From Candidatus Wirthbacteria bacterium (lineage in GTDB: Bacteria; Patescibacteriota; CG2-30-54-11): a stretch of DNA of 64,000 bases. The DNA lies in assembly GCA_903889905.1 (NCBI GenBank), contig CAISZI010000040.1, positions 128,148 to 192,147 on the forward strand. Reading direction: 5' to 3'. The notes below the pieces were generated by a model. That model was not told the origin of the DNA. It was given only the letters and a program-made list of their open reading frames with translations, and ran no database searches. The position numbers and the translations under genes are program-made. Shown piece after piece: positions 18,501 to 26,852 of the stretch; the first letter of the stretch is position 1; every line of letters begins with the position of its first letter.

Positions 18501-20670
18501 CAATGCTGATGAAACGGCTACCGTGAAACAAACCGAACTAACGGTGGAACCCCAGGGGGAAGCATTGGAACCTGTCTTTGCCGAGAAGCCACCTGAGGAT
18601 GTTGCGGCTGAACTCAAACTGGAGCAAAAAGCTGAAACTCTGGCCGAAGTTGACGTCAAAACAATCCCTGACCAAAACGAAGTCATTGCCGAAGAAATCC
18701 CGGAAGCGCTCAAGGGTCAAATCGCTGGTCAGGACGGATTGGAACAATCCACAACCGAATTTGTACCGATTGCGGCTCAAGGCATTGTTGAAGGCGAACC
18801 AGTTCCTGCAACGCAGCTGCTAGAACAAACTCAAACTGCACACAACGACACTCCACTCGATCAACCCGTTGAAGGTGCGCTTGATGCGACGCAGATAACA
18901 ACGGCAGAGCAACCATTGACAGCCGACGGTGTTAAGCCAGAAAGCGAACCTGAACACAACTTAATTGATGAACAAACCGCGGCGAGTGAAGCCCCTCTAG
19001 CCGGAGCGTCACCCATATTAGATACCAGTCAAACACCTGCGACTGAGCTTGCGGCAGAAGTTCCAGTCGAAACCCCGGTGGAAGCCCAAGTGGAAATCCC
19101 AGTGGAAGCGCCAGTCGAAACCCCGGTGGAAGCCCAAGTGGAACCACAAGCAGAACCACAAGCAGAACCCATGATTGAGCCAGTACCGGAAGTGGTTGTA
19201 GAGGAAACGACCCAAATAACGGAGGAAGCAACCAGCAACGAAGTTGAAGCACAATCTGAAGCATCAAAAGCAGCTGAAGAAACCGAAGCATTGGCAGAAC
19301 CTCTCGCACCAGAAATCCAGCCCGAAGTTGTCGAACTTGAACCAGAAACACAAGCTGACCTGGTAGCTAGTGAATTCAACGAGCGTATCGACAAACTGCA
19401 AGCCGAATTGGAAACTCAAGAAAATAATGAAAAAGAAGAAAACGATAAAGAAGATGTTGAAAAAGTTGCCACCAATCTGAAGGAACTCGCTGAGCAGGAA
19501 AACAAAACCGAAGTGATGCTCGAAGAAGAGTTGCGTACCCAAAAAGCCATGGCTGGACTTGGCAAAGCGCTTGGTTTTGAACATATCGAAGGGCCACAAG
19601 CGGAGATTGAGCAGGTGGATGGCGAAGCCGTATTGGTCGAACCCAAAGATGAAATACCCACAGAGATTGTAGAACCAGAATCTGCTGAAACCGAGCCCGT
19701 TATGCCCGAACCCGTTGAAACCGAACCTGTTGAAACCGAACCCGTTGAAACCGAGCCTGTTGAAACCGAGCCTGTTGAAACCAAACATGATATTACCGAG
19801 GATGTGGTCATTGAAGACGAAGCATTGCATCAGCTGCAAAAAGAAACTGAACAACAGGTTGAGGAACAATTGGAAGAACAACGCGTTGCGGAAGAGTTGA
19901 TTGAGAAGGAGGAAGCCGAGGAAGTTGATGACGAGGCTGCCAAAGCCGAGCAGGAACGAGAGGAAGCCGATGAAAAAGCCGTGATTGCCAAGAAATCGCA
20001 TGACGCCGAAGAAGCTTTGCTGGCCGAATTGGAGCTGGAAGCAGAATTGCAACGGTTACAGGTTGCTGAAATACAAACTGCTGAGGAGATGAGTGACGAA
20101 GAAATAGAAGAAGCTAACCTCATGAATTCATTGCGTGAAATTCAGTTAGCAAAAACGGAGTTGACACATTATCGTCGTACCCAGGAGAACGACCTTGAAA
20201 TCGTCTTTGAGCCGGCGATTAAGGATTTGCCACGCAAAAAGGAATTGCTGGAGAAGGTCAAAGATGACCCACGCCTGATGGATTTGATCAAAACCTGCCC
20301 CAACCATTGTGAGCGTGGCTGCCAGGATTTCCCCTGCCGCTGGATCTTGGAAACCATGGACGACGAATATGTCCGCGATCGCATCTTTGGTTGGTATGAA
20401 AGCAAAAAAGCAGCCGAACAAACCCAGGAACAATTCATGGCTCAGTATGAAAAAAGTTTAAGCAAAATCGAAACTCTGATCCGCGATCCGGGCTCACGCG
20501 AAAAATTAATGAAATACCTGGTTGAAATGTTGCGTGCCCTTGGTTACAGCAACCCCGAAGCCCAGGCGCAGCAAATGCTCGAAAATGCCGGTCAGTTGCG
20601 CCGTTTCATGCAAGCCAAGTATCAGCAGATTCAACAGTTATATCCGAAATTGCCGCAGTTTTTGCAATAA
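15580..20670 (+). CDS. Giant hyper-acidic repetitive protein with a C-terminal Cys-cluster domain
   Basis: 1,696 aa. N-terminal K/E-rich predicted coiled coil. The central roughly 800 aa is E/A/P/V/T-rich with PVE/TEPVE repeats. The conserved C-terminal roughly 200 aa contains CPNHCERGCQDFPCRW. An alternative start is the ATG at 15619. Confidence 0.7.
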   Translation: MPPEETLERNSENMEGESAEARVSAERKKTEDKLKQDAEDEQKGKEAELKKKIEAAGDKKDLKTLGALSREAHDNRHEELEKRSKELSDEIEKANAKEEDEKKIREKQVEKEAIDDELNKDKKIEGNDEAERKIKINNIVEDRTKEVDTEFDKYDARMKKALEERDLEQDTISRKVMEFERLLNEREEHKFEGKHVEHDDFRIWHQAKEIMDIQGDVQKDVLGYYNDMQQRGRELYAAIADNFDIKTLSDYNYKQIQFEANLRIEDHVKNRYDNFAGGVGKLWRDMKVNWFSRIEDLRGKWPDAEVDDFQKQVVDNHNDDAEINAWHQANSDQTKTNKTTEQVIEGGIAENVSEIDHLVEKLDGSVKDNVRETPSRNEKILMAERNLAAITSKVSQLEVIAQSAETAADFASVERRATELNREIGGTYLTGLTRIENLLGEDKESLQHAQDMTGDLSARVKVVENQIGKLMANLREPGNPEKIGVLVATLNSARQAHDKIEAALASSGISESDLWRYQGIEMKAQNEAGWEDMSVYVQALDAGKVASALQEEQSQLQQASPERAAQIDGILQDLAGIETLKTQMEQGKTTTEHSTNAVLLEDDQADAAQGGAESVTMDPETVDASAVLDGEIAKETKVEEPMAKQVEEVIETEAEIVPEVPAELIPPAVETVSVVQADTVEIPETKTEDKIKELDEREAQIEKFFQMRAEPTSGQNKVEEAVAGEAPQIFVTEQAMAEVTAEEVKPETAVEAAEEQETKSKAAESAAPVEPVEAVTERTPEQIQAAELAEAEANNIETEALDGIKPQAVGVEEQMTDVAADKVEATKSELTPEATQAAELAAAAEAIKIDEAVSEAELEPVKPGNLEKDKQAVKNGETDKIDDVEEAETKPNDGQDLSPEQAEPKPEIIEAKTVPVEDETVDAREATKVAEDLDNKTAVEMTAQNEKVETSVVIPDTETVKADAETNAKTNAEPNADETATVKQTELTVEPQGEALEPVFAEKPPEDVAAELKLEQKAETLAEVDVKTIPDQNEVIAEEIPEALKGQIAGQDGLEQSTTEFVPIAAQGIVEGEPVPATQLLEQTQTAHNDTPLDQPVEGALDATQITTAEQPLTADGVKPESEPEHNLIDEQTAASEAPLAGASPILDTSQTPATELAAEVPVETPVEAQVEIPVEAPVETPVEAQVEPQAEPQAEPMIEPVPEVVVEETTQITEEATSNEVEAQSEASKAAEETEALAEPLAPEIQPEVVELEPETQADLVASEFNERIDKLQAELETQENNEKEENDKEDVEKVATNLKELAEQENKTEVMLEEELRTQKAMAGLGKALGFEHIEGPQAEIEQVDGEAVLVEPKDEIPTEIVEPESAETEPVMPEPVETEPVETEPVETEPVETEPVETKHDITEDVVIEDEALHQLQKETEQQVEEQLEEQRVAEELIEKEEAEEVDDEAAKAEQEREEADEKAVIAKKSHDAEEALLAELELEAELQRLQVAEIQTAEEMSDEEIEEANLMNSLREIQLAKTELTHYRRTQENDLEIVFEPAIKDLPRKKELLEKVKDDPRLMDLIKTCPNHCERGCQDFPCRWILETMDDEYVRDRIFGWYESKKAAEQTQEQFMAQYEKSLSKIETLIRDPGSREKLMKYLVEMLRALGYSNPEAQAQQMLENAGQLRRFMQAKYQQIQQLYPKLPQFLQ
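19686..19785 (+). repeat. In-frame 15-bp tandem repeat (about 6 copies) encoding (E/K)TEPV units
   Basis: gaaaccgaacctgtt repeated. A second, imperfect roughly 54-bp duplication at about 19056-19145 encodes PVETPVEAQVE(I/P). Confidence 0.8.
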
Positions 20671-20800
20671 AAGCAATCTGTCATTGCGAGCCTTGCGCGG
20701 CAATCTTTCCTTTTAAGGCATTTACTCAAAGACTGCCAAAACGCAAAACCTCCTCGTAATGATAGAATGGCCGCATTCGGAAAATGGATAACCAGTTAGC

Positions 20801-20829
20801 TTGTCACCGGGCCACTGCTCCGCTATGAT
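20801..20829 (+). promoter_or_regulatory. Sigma-70 promoter, TTGTCA-17 bp-TATGAT, for lepA
   Basis: TTGTCA at 20801-20806, 17-bp spacer, TATGAT at 20824-20829. It lies 30 bp upstream of the lepA ATG. Confidence 0.6.
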
Positions 20830-20858
20830 GTAACAGTCTATTTCTGACGAGTAACACA

Positions 20859-22661
20859 ATGGCTGATCTATCCCTGATCCGTAATTTTTGCATCATTGCC
20901 CATATTGACCATGGCAAGTCCACTTTGGCTGACCGGTTTTTGGAACTCACGCACACGGTGGACGACCGCCATATCCACAAACAGTATCTGGACACCATGG
21001 ATCTGGAACAGGAAAAGGGTATCACGATCAAGCTGACACCAGTTCGCATGTATTGGGACAAGGATGACAAACACTACATCCTCAACCTGATTGATACACC
21101 CGGGCATGTGGACTTTACCTATGAAGTTTCCCGTTCGCTCGCGGCCTGTGAAGGCGCCATTCTTGTTGTCGATGCCACTCAGGGGATCGAGGCGCAGACG
21201 CTGGCCAACGTTTACCTCGCCATGGAGCAAAACCTGACGATTATTCCGGTGGTCAACAAAATCGACCTGCCGAGTGCTCAGACGGAACGCTGTAAGCGCG
21301 AAATTGAACGTGTACTGGGGTTCAAGGCCGAAGAAATCATGGAAGTGTCCGCCAAAGCCGGGACCAATGTCACCGAGCTGATCAACCGAGTGGTTGACAT
21401 CATCCCGCCACCAGTAGGCAAAGTTGAAGGTCCCCCGCGGGCGCTGATTTTTGATTCTGTTTACGATGCCTACAAAGGCGCCGTAGCGTATTTGCGCATG
21501 ATTGACGGCACTTTTACCCGCAGTGACAAAATTTACATGATTGGTCAGCACAACAAAGCCGAAATCCTGGAAGTCGGGTATTTTCGCCCTGATATGCAAA
21601 TCGCGGGAGATTTGAAATGTGGGGAAGTGGGTTATGTGGCAACCGGTCTCAAAAACGTAGGTGGTTTACGTGTTGGTGACACTGTCACGCTGGCGAGTTC
21701 CATGGAAGTCAAGGCACTCCCGGGTTACAAACTGGTACATCCCAAGGTTTATGCCGGTATTTACCCGGTCGAAGGCGATGACTATCCGGATTTGCGTGAA
21801 GCCATGGAACGGCTAAGTCTCAATGACAGTGCCCTACAATTTGAACCCGAAACCTCGGCGGCATTGGGTTTTGGTTTTCGTTGCGGCTTTTTGGGGTTGC
21901 TGCACATGGACATTGTGCAGGAACGGCTGGAACGTGAATACGACATGAATTTGATTTTTACTTCGCCTAACGTGGAATATCTGGTGCGCGAAGACGGCCA
22001 GACCGACTTTTTGACGGTGCATAATCCGTCACAATTTCCGGACGATACCAAAATCGCCGAAGTCAAAGAACCCTGGGTCAAACTTTCGGTGATCACCCCG
22101 AGCAAATACATTGGTGGCATCATGGAGCTGTCGAGCCGGCACCGTGGCACGTTCATCCCGACCGAATATCTGGACGAAGAGCGCGTCAACATGCATTATG
22201 AAATTCCGCTCGCTGAAGTGATTGTCGATTTTTATGACGAACTCAAAAGCGTGACGCAGGGCTATGCTTCCATGGATTACGAACCGATTGGTTTTCGTGT
22301 CGGTAAATTGCAAAAACTGCGCGTCCTGGTGCACGAAGACGAAATTGACGCCTTTGCCCAAATTGTGCCAGCCGAAAAAGCACTGGAAGTAGGGAAGTAT
22401 ATTGTTGAAAAAATGCGCGAACTCCTGCCACGCCAGAGTTTCGAATTCAAAATGCAGGCCATGCTGGGGGGCAAAGTGATCGCCACGGAACGTATGTCTG
22501 CCCTGCGCAAAGACGTCATTGCCAAACTCTACGGTGGTGACCGCAGCCGCAAGGACAAACTGCTCAACAAACAGAAAAAAGGCAAAAAACGCATGAAGCA
22601 GTTTGGCAAAGTGGAACTGCCGCAGGAAGCCTTTTTGGTGATGCTGCAGAGAAATAAGTAA
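20859..22661 (+). CDS. lepA: Elongation factor 4 (LepA)
   Basis: IIAHIDHGKSTLADR (G1), LIDTPGHVDF (G3), NKIDL (G4), and the LepA-specific C-terminal domain. Confidence 0.95.
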   Translation: MADLSLIRNFCIIAHIDHGKSTLADRFLELTHTVDDRHIHKQYLDTMDLEQEKGITIKLTPVRMYWDKDDKHYILNLIDTPGHVDFTYEVSRSLAACEGAILVVDATQGIEAQTLANVYLAMEQNLTIIPVVNKIDLPSAQTERCKREIERVLGFKAEEIMEVSAKAGTNVTELINRVVDIIPPPVGKVEGPPRALIFDSVYDAYKGAVAYLRMIDGTFTRSDKIYMIGQHNKAEILEVGYFRPDMQIAGDLKCGEVGYVATGLKNVGGLRVGDTVTLASSMEVKALPGYKLVHPKVYAGIYPVEGDDYPDLREAMERLSLNDSALQFEPETSAALGFGFRCGFLGLLHMDIVQERLEREYDMNLIFTSPNVEYLVREDGQTDFLTVHNPSQFPDDTKIAEVKEPWVKLSVITPSKYIGGIMELSSRHRGTFIPTEYLDEERVNMHYEIPLAEVIVDFYDELKSVTQGYASMDYEPIGFRVGKLQKLRVLVHEDEIDAFAQIVPAEKALEVGKYIVEKMRELLPRQSFEFKMQAMLGGKVIATERMSALRKDVIAKLYGGDRSRKDKLLNKQKKGKKRMKQFGKVELPQEAFLVMLQRNK

Positions 22662-22814
22662 AACAATCATCGCGATGAGCAGAAAATGACTGAGGTAGTC
22701 ATTCTGAGTGGAGCCTTCTGAGGCGAAGTGAAGAATCCTCACCAAGCAGTGACAAGTCTCTAGGGTTACCCCCGTTATGGTTTCGTTCGCAGTTAGGATG
22801 CTTCGTACCTCAGC

Positions 22815-24227
22815 ATGACGGAAAACATGTCCACCACCACCGACTTTTTGCTCAGTATCCAATCCCAGACCTTCCGCGCCAAAGCGCTCGAACTGACGCG
22901 CATTAAAGCTTTATTAAAGCTTTTGGGTGATCCGCAGCATCAGCTCAAAGCGATTCATGTGGCAGGCACGAACGGCAAAGGGTCGGTTTGCGCCACATTG
23001 TTTAGTTGTTTGCGTGTCGCTGGTTACAAAGTTGGACTGTATACTTCACCGCACCTGATGAGCCATGCCGAGCGTTTCCAGATGGGGGACGAGAACAGTA
23101 GTTGGACAATGAAGGAATTCGAATTTTTGGCGTTGGCAGAAAAGGTGCGCGTAGTTTTGCTCGAAAATGCCGTTCTGGACGACAATTACCCGACCTGGTT
23201 TGAACTGCTTACGGTCATTGGATTTTTGCATTTTGTCAGTCAGCAAGTGGACTGGCTGGTGCTGGAAGTGGGGTTGGGTGGGCGTTTTGACGCCACCAAT
23301 GTCAAAGACTGGGAATACAAGGTTATTACGAATATCGCGCTGGAACATACCAAAGAACTGGGGAATACCATTGCTTTGATTGCTGCGGAAAAAGCGGCCA
23401 TTATCCATGCGAATAATCCCTGGCCGGGCAAGATCCGGGTGGTTACCGCAACCGAAGACGACGCTTGGCAAGTTGTCAGTAAGCGCTGTCAGGAGACGAA
23501 TACTGGTTGCTGGAAACGTAACCGGGATTATTCTCCTGAGTTTTTGTCGCTTGATCTGACTTCCACCCATTATTTGTACCGCAACCTCGTCGGCAGCATG
23601 GGCAGCAAATTCAGGACGGCATTGCTTGGGGAGCACCAGGTTGAGAATACGTCGTGCGCTGTCGCGGTTCTGGATTTGATGGTGCAGAACGGTGATATCA
23701 TGATCACGCCAGAACAGGAACAGCTTGGCATGGCGCAGACAATCTGGCCTGGTCGGATGGAGTTCGTCTCTGCCTGGCCCAAGGCAAATGGTCAGCTTAT
23801 CCTCGACGGTGGCCACAATCCGGCGGGCGTGGAAACGCTAACGCAAACGCTCAAATATTTTAAAACCAGGCAGCTCATTTCGCCTTCGGCCAAAATCAAC
23901 GTCGTCTTTGCCGCCAAACAGGACAAAAAAGTCGACCAGATGCTGGCTTTGCTTGAGCCAGTCACAGACCATTTTGTCTTTTGTCCCATTCATGCTTTGG
24001 TGCATTCCTATTCACCCGTCGATCTTGTTAAACTCGTTTCAAAGTCATCAACTAAGGCCATCAGTTGCGCCGAAGCCATTGAATACTTAAAAACCATTTC
24101 CGGCCCCGATGACCTGAATGTAATCTGCGGTTCGCTCTACTTTATCGGTGAAGCCAAGAAAGAAATGGATAAACCAGCTTTGTGGGCGTTTGATGAGATG
24201 CAGTATAATATGGACGCAAGAAGATAA
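22815..24227 (+). CDS. folC: Folylpolyglutamate synthase / dihydrofolate synthase (Mur ligase family)
   Basis: P-loop HVAGTNGKGSV and the C-terminal ILDGGHNPAG typical of FolC. Confidence 0.8.
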   Translation: MTENMSTTTDFLLSIQSQTFRAKALELTRIKALLKLLGDPQHQLKAIHVAGTNGKGSVCATLFSCLRVAGYKVGLYTSPHLMSHAERFQMGDENSSWTMKEFEFLALAEKVRVVLLENAVLDDNYPTWFELLTVIGFLHFVSQQVDWLVLEVGLGGRFDATNVKDWEYKVITNIALEHTKELGNTIALIAAEKAAIIHANNPWPGKIRVVTATEDDAWQVVSKRCQETNTGCWKRNRDYSPEFLSLDLTSTHYLYRNLVGSMGSKFRTALLGEHQVENTSCAVAVLDLMVQNGDIMITPEQEQLGMAQTIWPGRMEFVSAWPKANGQLILDGGHNPAGVETLTQTLKYFKTRQLISPSAKINVVFAAKQDKKVDQMLALLEPVTDHFVFCPIHALVHSYSPVDLVKLVSKSSTKAISCAEAIEYLKTISGPDDLNVICGSLYFIGEAKKEMDKPALWAFDEMQYNMDARR

Positions 24228-24248
24228 ATTAATACCGAGGAATGTCTG

Positions 24249-24479
24249 ATGGCAAAAGGTGACAAGAATTCAAAAAATATGAGCCCTGAGGACTTAGCAA
24301 AACATTTTTTGGATATTGAGGGTGGGAAGAAGGATGTTGCAAAAACAGTTATTGATTATAATAAAATCTTAGGAACAATATCATCCGAACAGGCTGCAGC
24401 AGCGAAAGAAATAATTGACGAGACGGAAAGTGATGGTAAACGTTATGATGATGATATAAAGAGAAATTTGGATGGTTGA
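24249..24479 (+). CDS. Small acidic hypothetical protein (76 aa) in an AT-rich islet
   Basis: GAGG RBS. The local GC is about 35% against about 50% elsewhere. It shares the NxILGxxS motif with the next ORF. Confidence 0.4.
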   Translation: MAKGDKNSKNMSPEDLAKHFLDIEGGKKDVAKTVIDYNKILGTISSEQAAAAKEIIDETESDGKRYDDDIKRNLDG

Positions 24480-24533
24480 ACTGGTTTCAACGCAAAGTTT
24501 GTTGACCAATAATAGCTAACATATTACTGAGGT

Positions 24534-24737
24534 TTGTCTATGAATAAGCCTAGAATGACTCGTGAAGAGGTTGAAAATCTTAAAAAGAAAATTCAAAAAG
24601 AAACTAATGCTAAGGTTGCCCGCGGAGAAACGCCTGATCAACAAAATGCAATTCTAGGGGATAGTCTTGGATTAGATAAAAATGACCCGTTGATTCCTAT
24701 TGCCGAAGAGTGGTTGCAAGATGGTGAGAACAATTAG
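24534..24737 (+). CDS. Small acidic hypothetical protein (67 aa) in an AT-rich islet
   Basis: GAGG RBS and the same AT-rich composition. It looks like a paralog of 24249..24479. Confidence 0.4.
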   Translation: MSMNKPRMTREEVENLKKKIQKETNAKVARGETPDQQNAILGDSLGLDKNDPLIPIAEEWLQDGENN

Positions 24738-25918
24738 ATTTTCTCGCGTGTCCTTGCAGAAAGCATAACCAGCACCGCCGGCACCGTTGCCAACACCCCA
24801 AACCCCGCACAGACATTAAAAGCGACAAGAATGTTGGTTGCTTTAGCCACGATCCCGATCATCAGTGGTGCCAATGTGCCGGCCGCGCTGATAACGAACA
24901 TATAGATGCCGTAGGCTTTTTCAAATGTCTGGTGTTGTTCCACCGCTTCGGTCAGCATGGTCTGGATCACGGGAACAGTCCCCATGGTCAGCCCACCCAG
25001 CACAAAGGCCACCAGCAAAATGATCACAAAGTTTGTACTGCTCGTTAGCAGCACGATAAACAGTGCCATGCAAAGTTCAGCAGCGACAAAGACTTTGGCT
25101 GCACGGTGCCGGGTCACGACGCGTCCCAGCGTCATTTTGCCAACAATGTAACCCAAACCAAACGCGGCAGTAAAAAGACCGAGCACTGACTTGCTGATGC
25201 CTTTTTGGATCAGGACAAAAGACAGGAACAAAAACAGCGACGCACTGGCAAACTGGTCCAGACCGCCCACGCATAGGGTCAAGACAAAACGCGTATTGGT
25301 CATCAGCTCGTGAAAACTAACCTTGGGGGCCACTTTCTTTGCAATCACGCCATGAGTGTTTTGGCGGCGCAGGACAGAAAGCAGCACAACAAAACAGATA
25401 CTGCCGGCCGCAACATAAGCCAAAGCACTCTGCCGCCAGCCAATCAGCACAGCCAGTGTTGGCATGAGTGTCGATAATCCTACCCGGCCAACGTCACCCA
25501 CCGCGCTGAAATCGCCGATTTTCTGGCCGCGTTCACTTTTTGGAGCCCATTTGCTCACCTGCGCAAAGGCAATGGGATGAAATAAACCAAAACCGGCGCC
25601 AGCCAGGAAAAAGCTGGGCATGAGGAAAATGAAACTGGGTGACAGTGCCGTCCCCAGGTAACCAAGCAGATAAAACATCATGGCCAGCATGATCGCCCGC
25701 AGTCCGCCCCAGCGTGCCGCCAGATAGCCCGACGGAATGGCCAAAACAATGCCCAAGGAACTGGTGGTGGTACCCAGAATTCCCACTTGAACGAGATTTA
25801 GGCCAAGGCCGACGGCGATAAACGGCATGAGCAGTTGTAGCGAGGTGTAGTAACCGTCGTTGAGCACGTGTAGCAGATAGAGCAGGACGTTTTTGGAACG
25901 GGAAGCGGTTTCAGTCAT
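24734..25918 (-). CDS. MFS transporter
   Basis: 394 aa with about 12 TM helices and an MFS-type loop motif (GRVVTRHRAAKVF) between TM2 and TM3. Confidence 0.75.
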   Translation of the reverse strand: MTETASRSKNVLLYLLHVLNDGYYTSLQLLMPFIAVGLGLNLVQVGILGTTTSSLGIVLAIPSGYLAARWGGLRAIMLAMMFYLLGYLGTALSPSFIFLMPSFFLAGAGFGLFHPIAFAQVSKWAPKSERGQKIGDFSAVGDVGRVGLSTLMPTLAVLIGWRQSALAYVAAGSICFVVLLSVLRRQNTHGVIAKKVAPKVSFHELMTNTRFVLTLCVGGLDQFASASLFLFLSFVLIQKGISKSVLGLFTAAFGLGYIVGKMTLGRVVTRHRAAKVFVAAELCMALFIVLLTSSTNFVIILLVAFVLGGLTMGTVPVIQTMLTEAVEQHQTFEKAYGIYMFVISAAGTLAPLMIGIVAKATNILVAFNVCAGFGVLATVPAVLVMLSARTREKI

Positions 25919-26001
25919 AGTAAAATCCTAACACAAACCTTTGCGTACGGCGACACGCTTTTGTTATACTGCGCTTGAATATCAACACGAAAGGATTTTG
26001 C

Positions 26002-26850
26002 ATGGCCATCAGACGACTCGGCAAAGGTTTGGACGCACTCATTCCGCAACGGGTAGTCGAGGCAGGCGAACGGGTCAGCGAAATCGACATCAGCAAAATC
26101 ACGCCCAATCCCGACCAGCCGCGTAAACACTTTGACCACGAAGCGCTGCAGGAATTGGCGCAGTCGATCAAGGAATATGGCGTGCTGCAGCCACTGGTTG
26201 TCACCAGGCAAGGCGACGGCTACCAGATTATTGCCGGTGAACGCCGCTATCAGGCGAGTAAGCTTGCCGGTCTGGCTAAACTACCTGTCATCGTCCGTGA
26301 TTACAACACTCAGGTTCAGCTTGAAATCGCCTTGGTCGAGAACATCCAGCGCGAAGATCTCTCACCACTCGAGGAAGCCCGTGGTTACAAACGCCTCAAA
26401 GACGAATTTGATTTGCAACTCAAAGACATTGCCGACAAAGTTGGTAAACAGTTTTCCACCATTTCCAACAAAATGCGCCTGCTCCTGCTTCCCAAAAGTG
26501 TCCAGGAAGGTCTGAGCGCCGGCAAAATCACTGAAGGCCACGCTCGCGCCCTGCTTGCTTTGCCGCAGCCGGAACTGATGGAACTGGCATATGCCCAGAT
26601 TTTGCGTGATAGTCTGTCTGTGCGCCAGGTGGAAGCGCTTGTCAACCAGAACAAACCCGCGCGCACATCCACCAGTCGCGCCGCCCGCCAAAGTACCGCC
26701 TTTATGGGTGAGACGCGCGTGCTGCAGGATAAATTTCAAACCAAAGTGAAAATTTCCGAACGTCAGGGCAAAGGTTCAATTGCGCTCGCGTTTTATTCGC
26801 ACGAAGAACTCACGCGTCTCCTGGATCTGCTTCAAACCATTGGAGAGTAA
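26002..26850 (+). CDS. parB: ParB/Spo0J chromosome partitioning protein
   Basis: MAIRRLGKGLDALI start, ParB box ITPNPDQPRKHFD..LQELAQSIKEYGVLQPLVV, GERRYQAS, and an HTH. AAAGGA RBS at 25990. No parA is adjacent. Confidence 0.85.
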   Translation: MAIRRLGKGLDALIPQRVVEAGERVSEIDISKITPNPDQPRKHFDHEALQELAQSIKEYGVLQPLVVTRQGDGYQIIAGERRYQASKLAGLAKLPVIVRDYNTQVQLEIALVENIQREDLSPLEEARGYKRLKDEFDLQLKDIADKVGKQFSTISNKMRLLLLPKSVQEGLSAGKITEGHARALLALPQPELMELAYAQILRDSLSVRQVEALVNQNKPARTSTSRAARQSTAFMGETRVLQDKFQTKVKISERQGKGSIALAFYSHEELTRLLDLLQTIGE

Positions 26851-26852
26851 GC

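Noticed and set aside
19686-19785. Short direct repeats that could be mistaken for a CRISPR array
   Set aside because: The unit is only 15 bp, contiguous with no spacers, in-frame within a CDS (TEPVE repeats). No cas genes are present.
19264-20052. 262-aa minus-strand ORF, and other F/L/C-rich ORFs, inside the acidic giant gene (17359..20123)
   Set aside because: These are antisense readings of GAA/GAG-rich repeats, which give Phe/Leu-rich nonsense. There are no RBSs.
20671-20720. Terminator after the acidic giant gene
   Set aside because: Only a weak imperfect stem (ATTGCG..CGGCAAT) with a poor U-tract. Not convincing.
20868-22862. 243-aa and 277-aa minus-strand ORFs antisense to lepA
   Set aside because: lepA on the plus strand is unambiguous.
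23046-23816. 256-aa minus-strand ORF antisense to folC
   Set aside because: The sense strand carries the Mur-ligase P-loop and C-terminal motifs. The antisense ORF has no motif.
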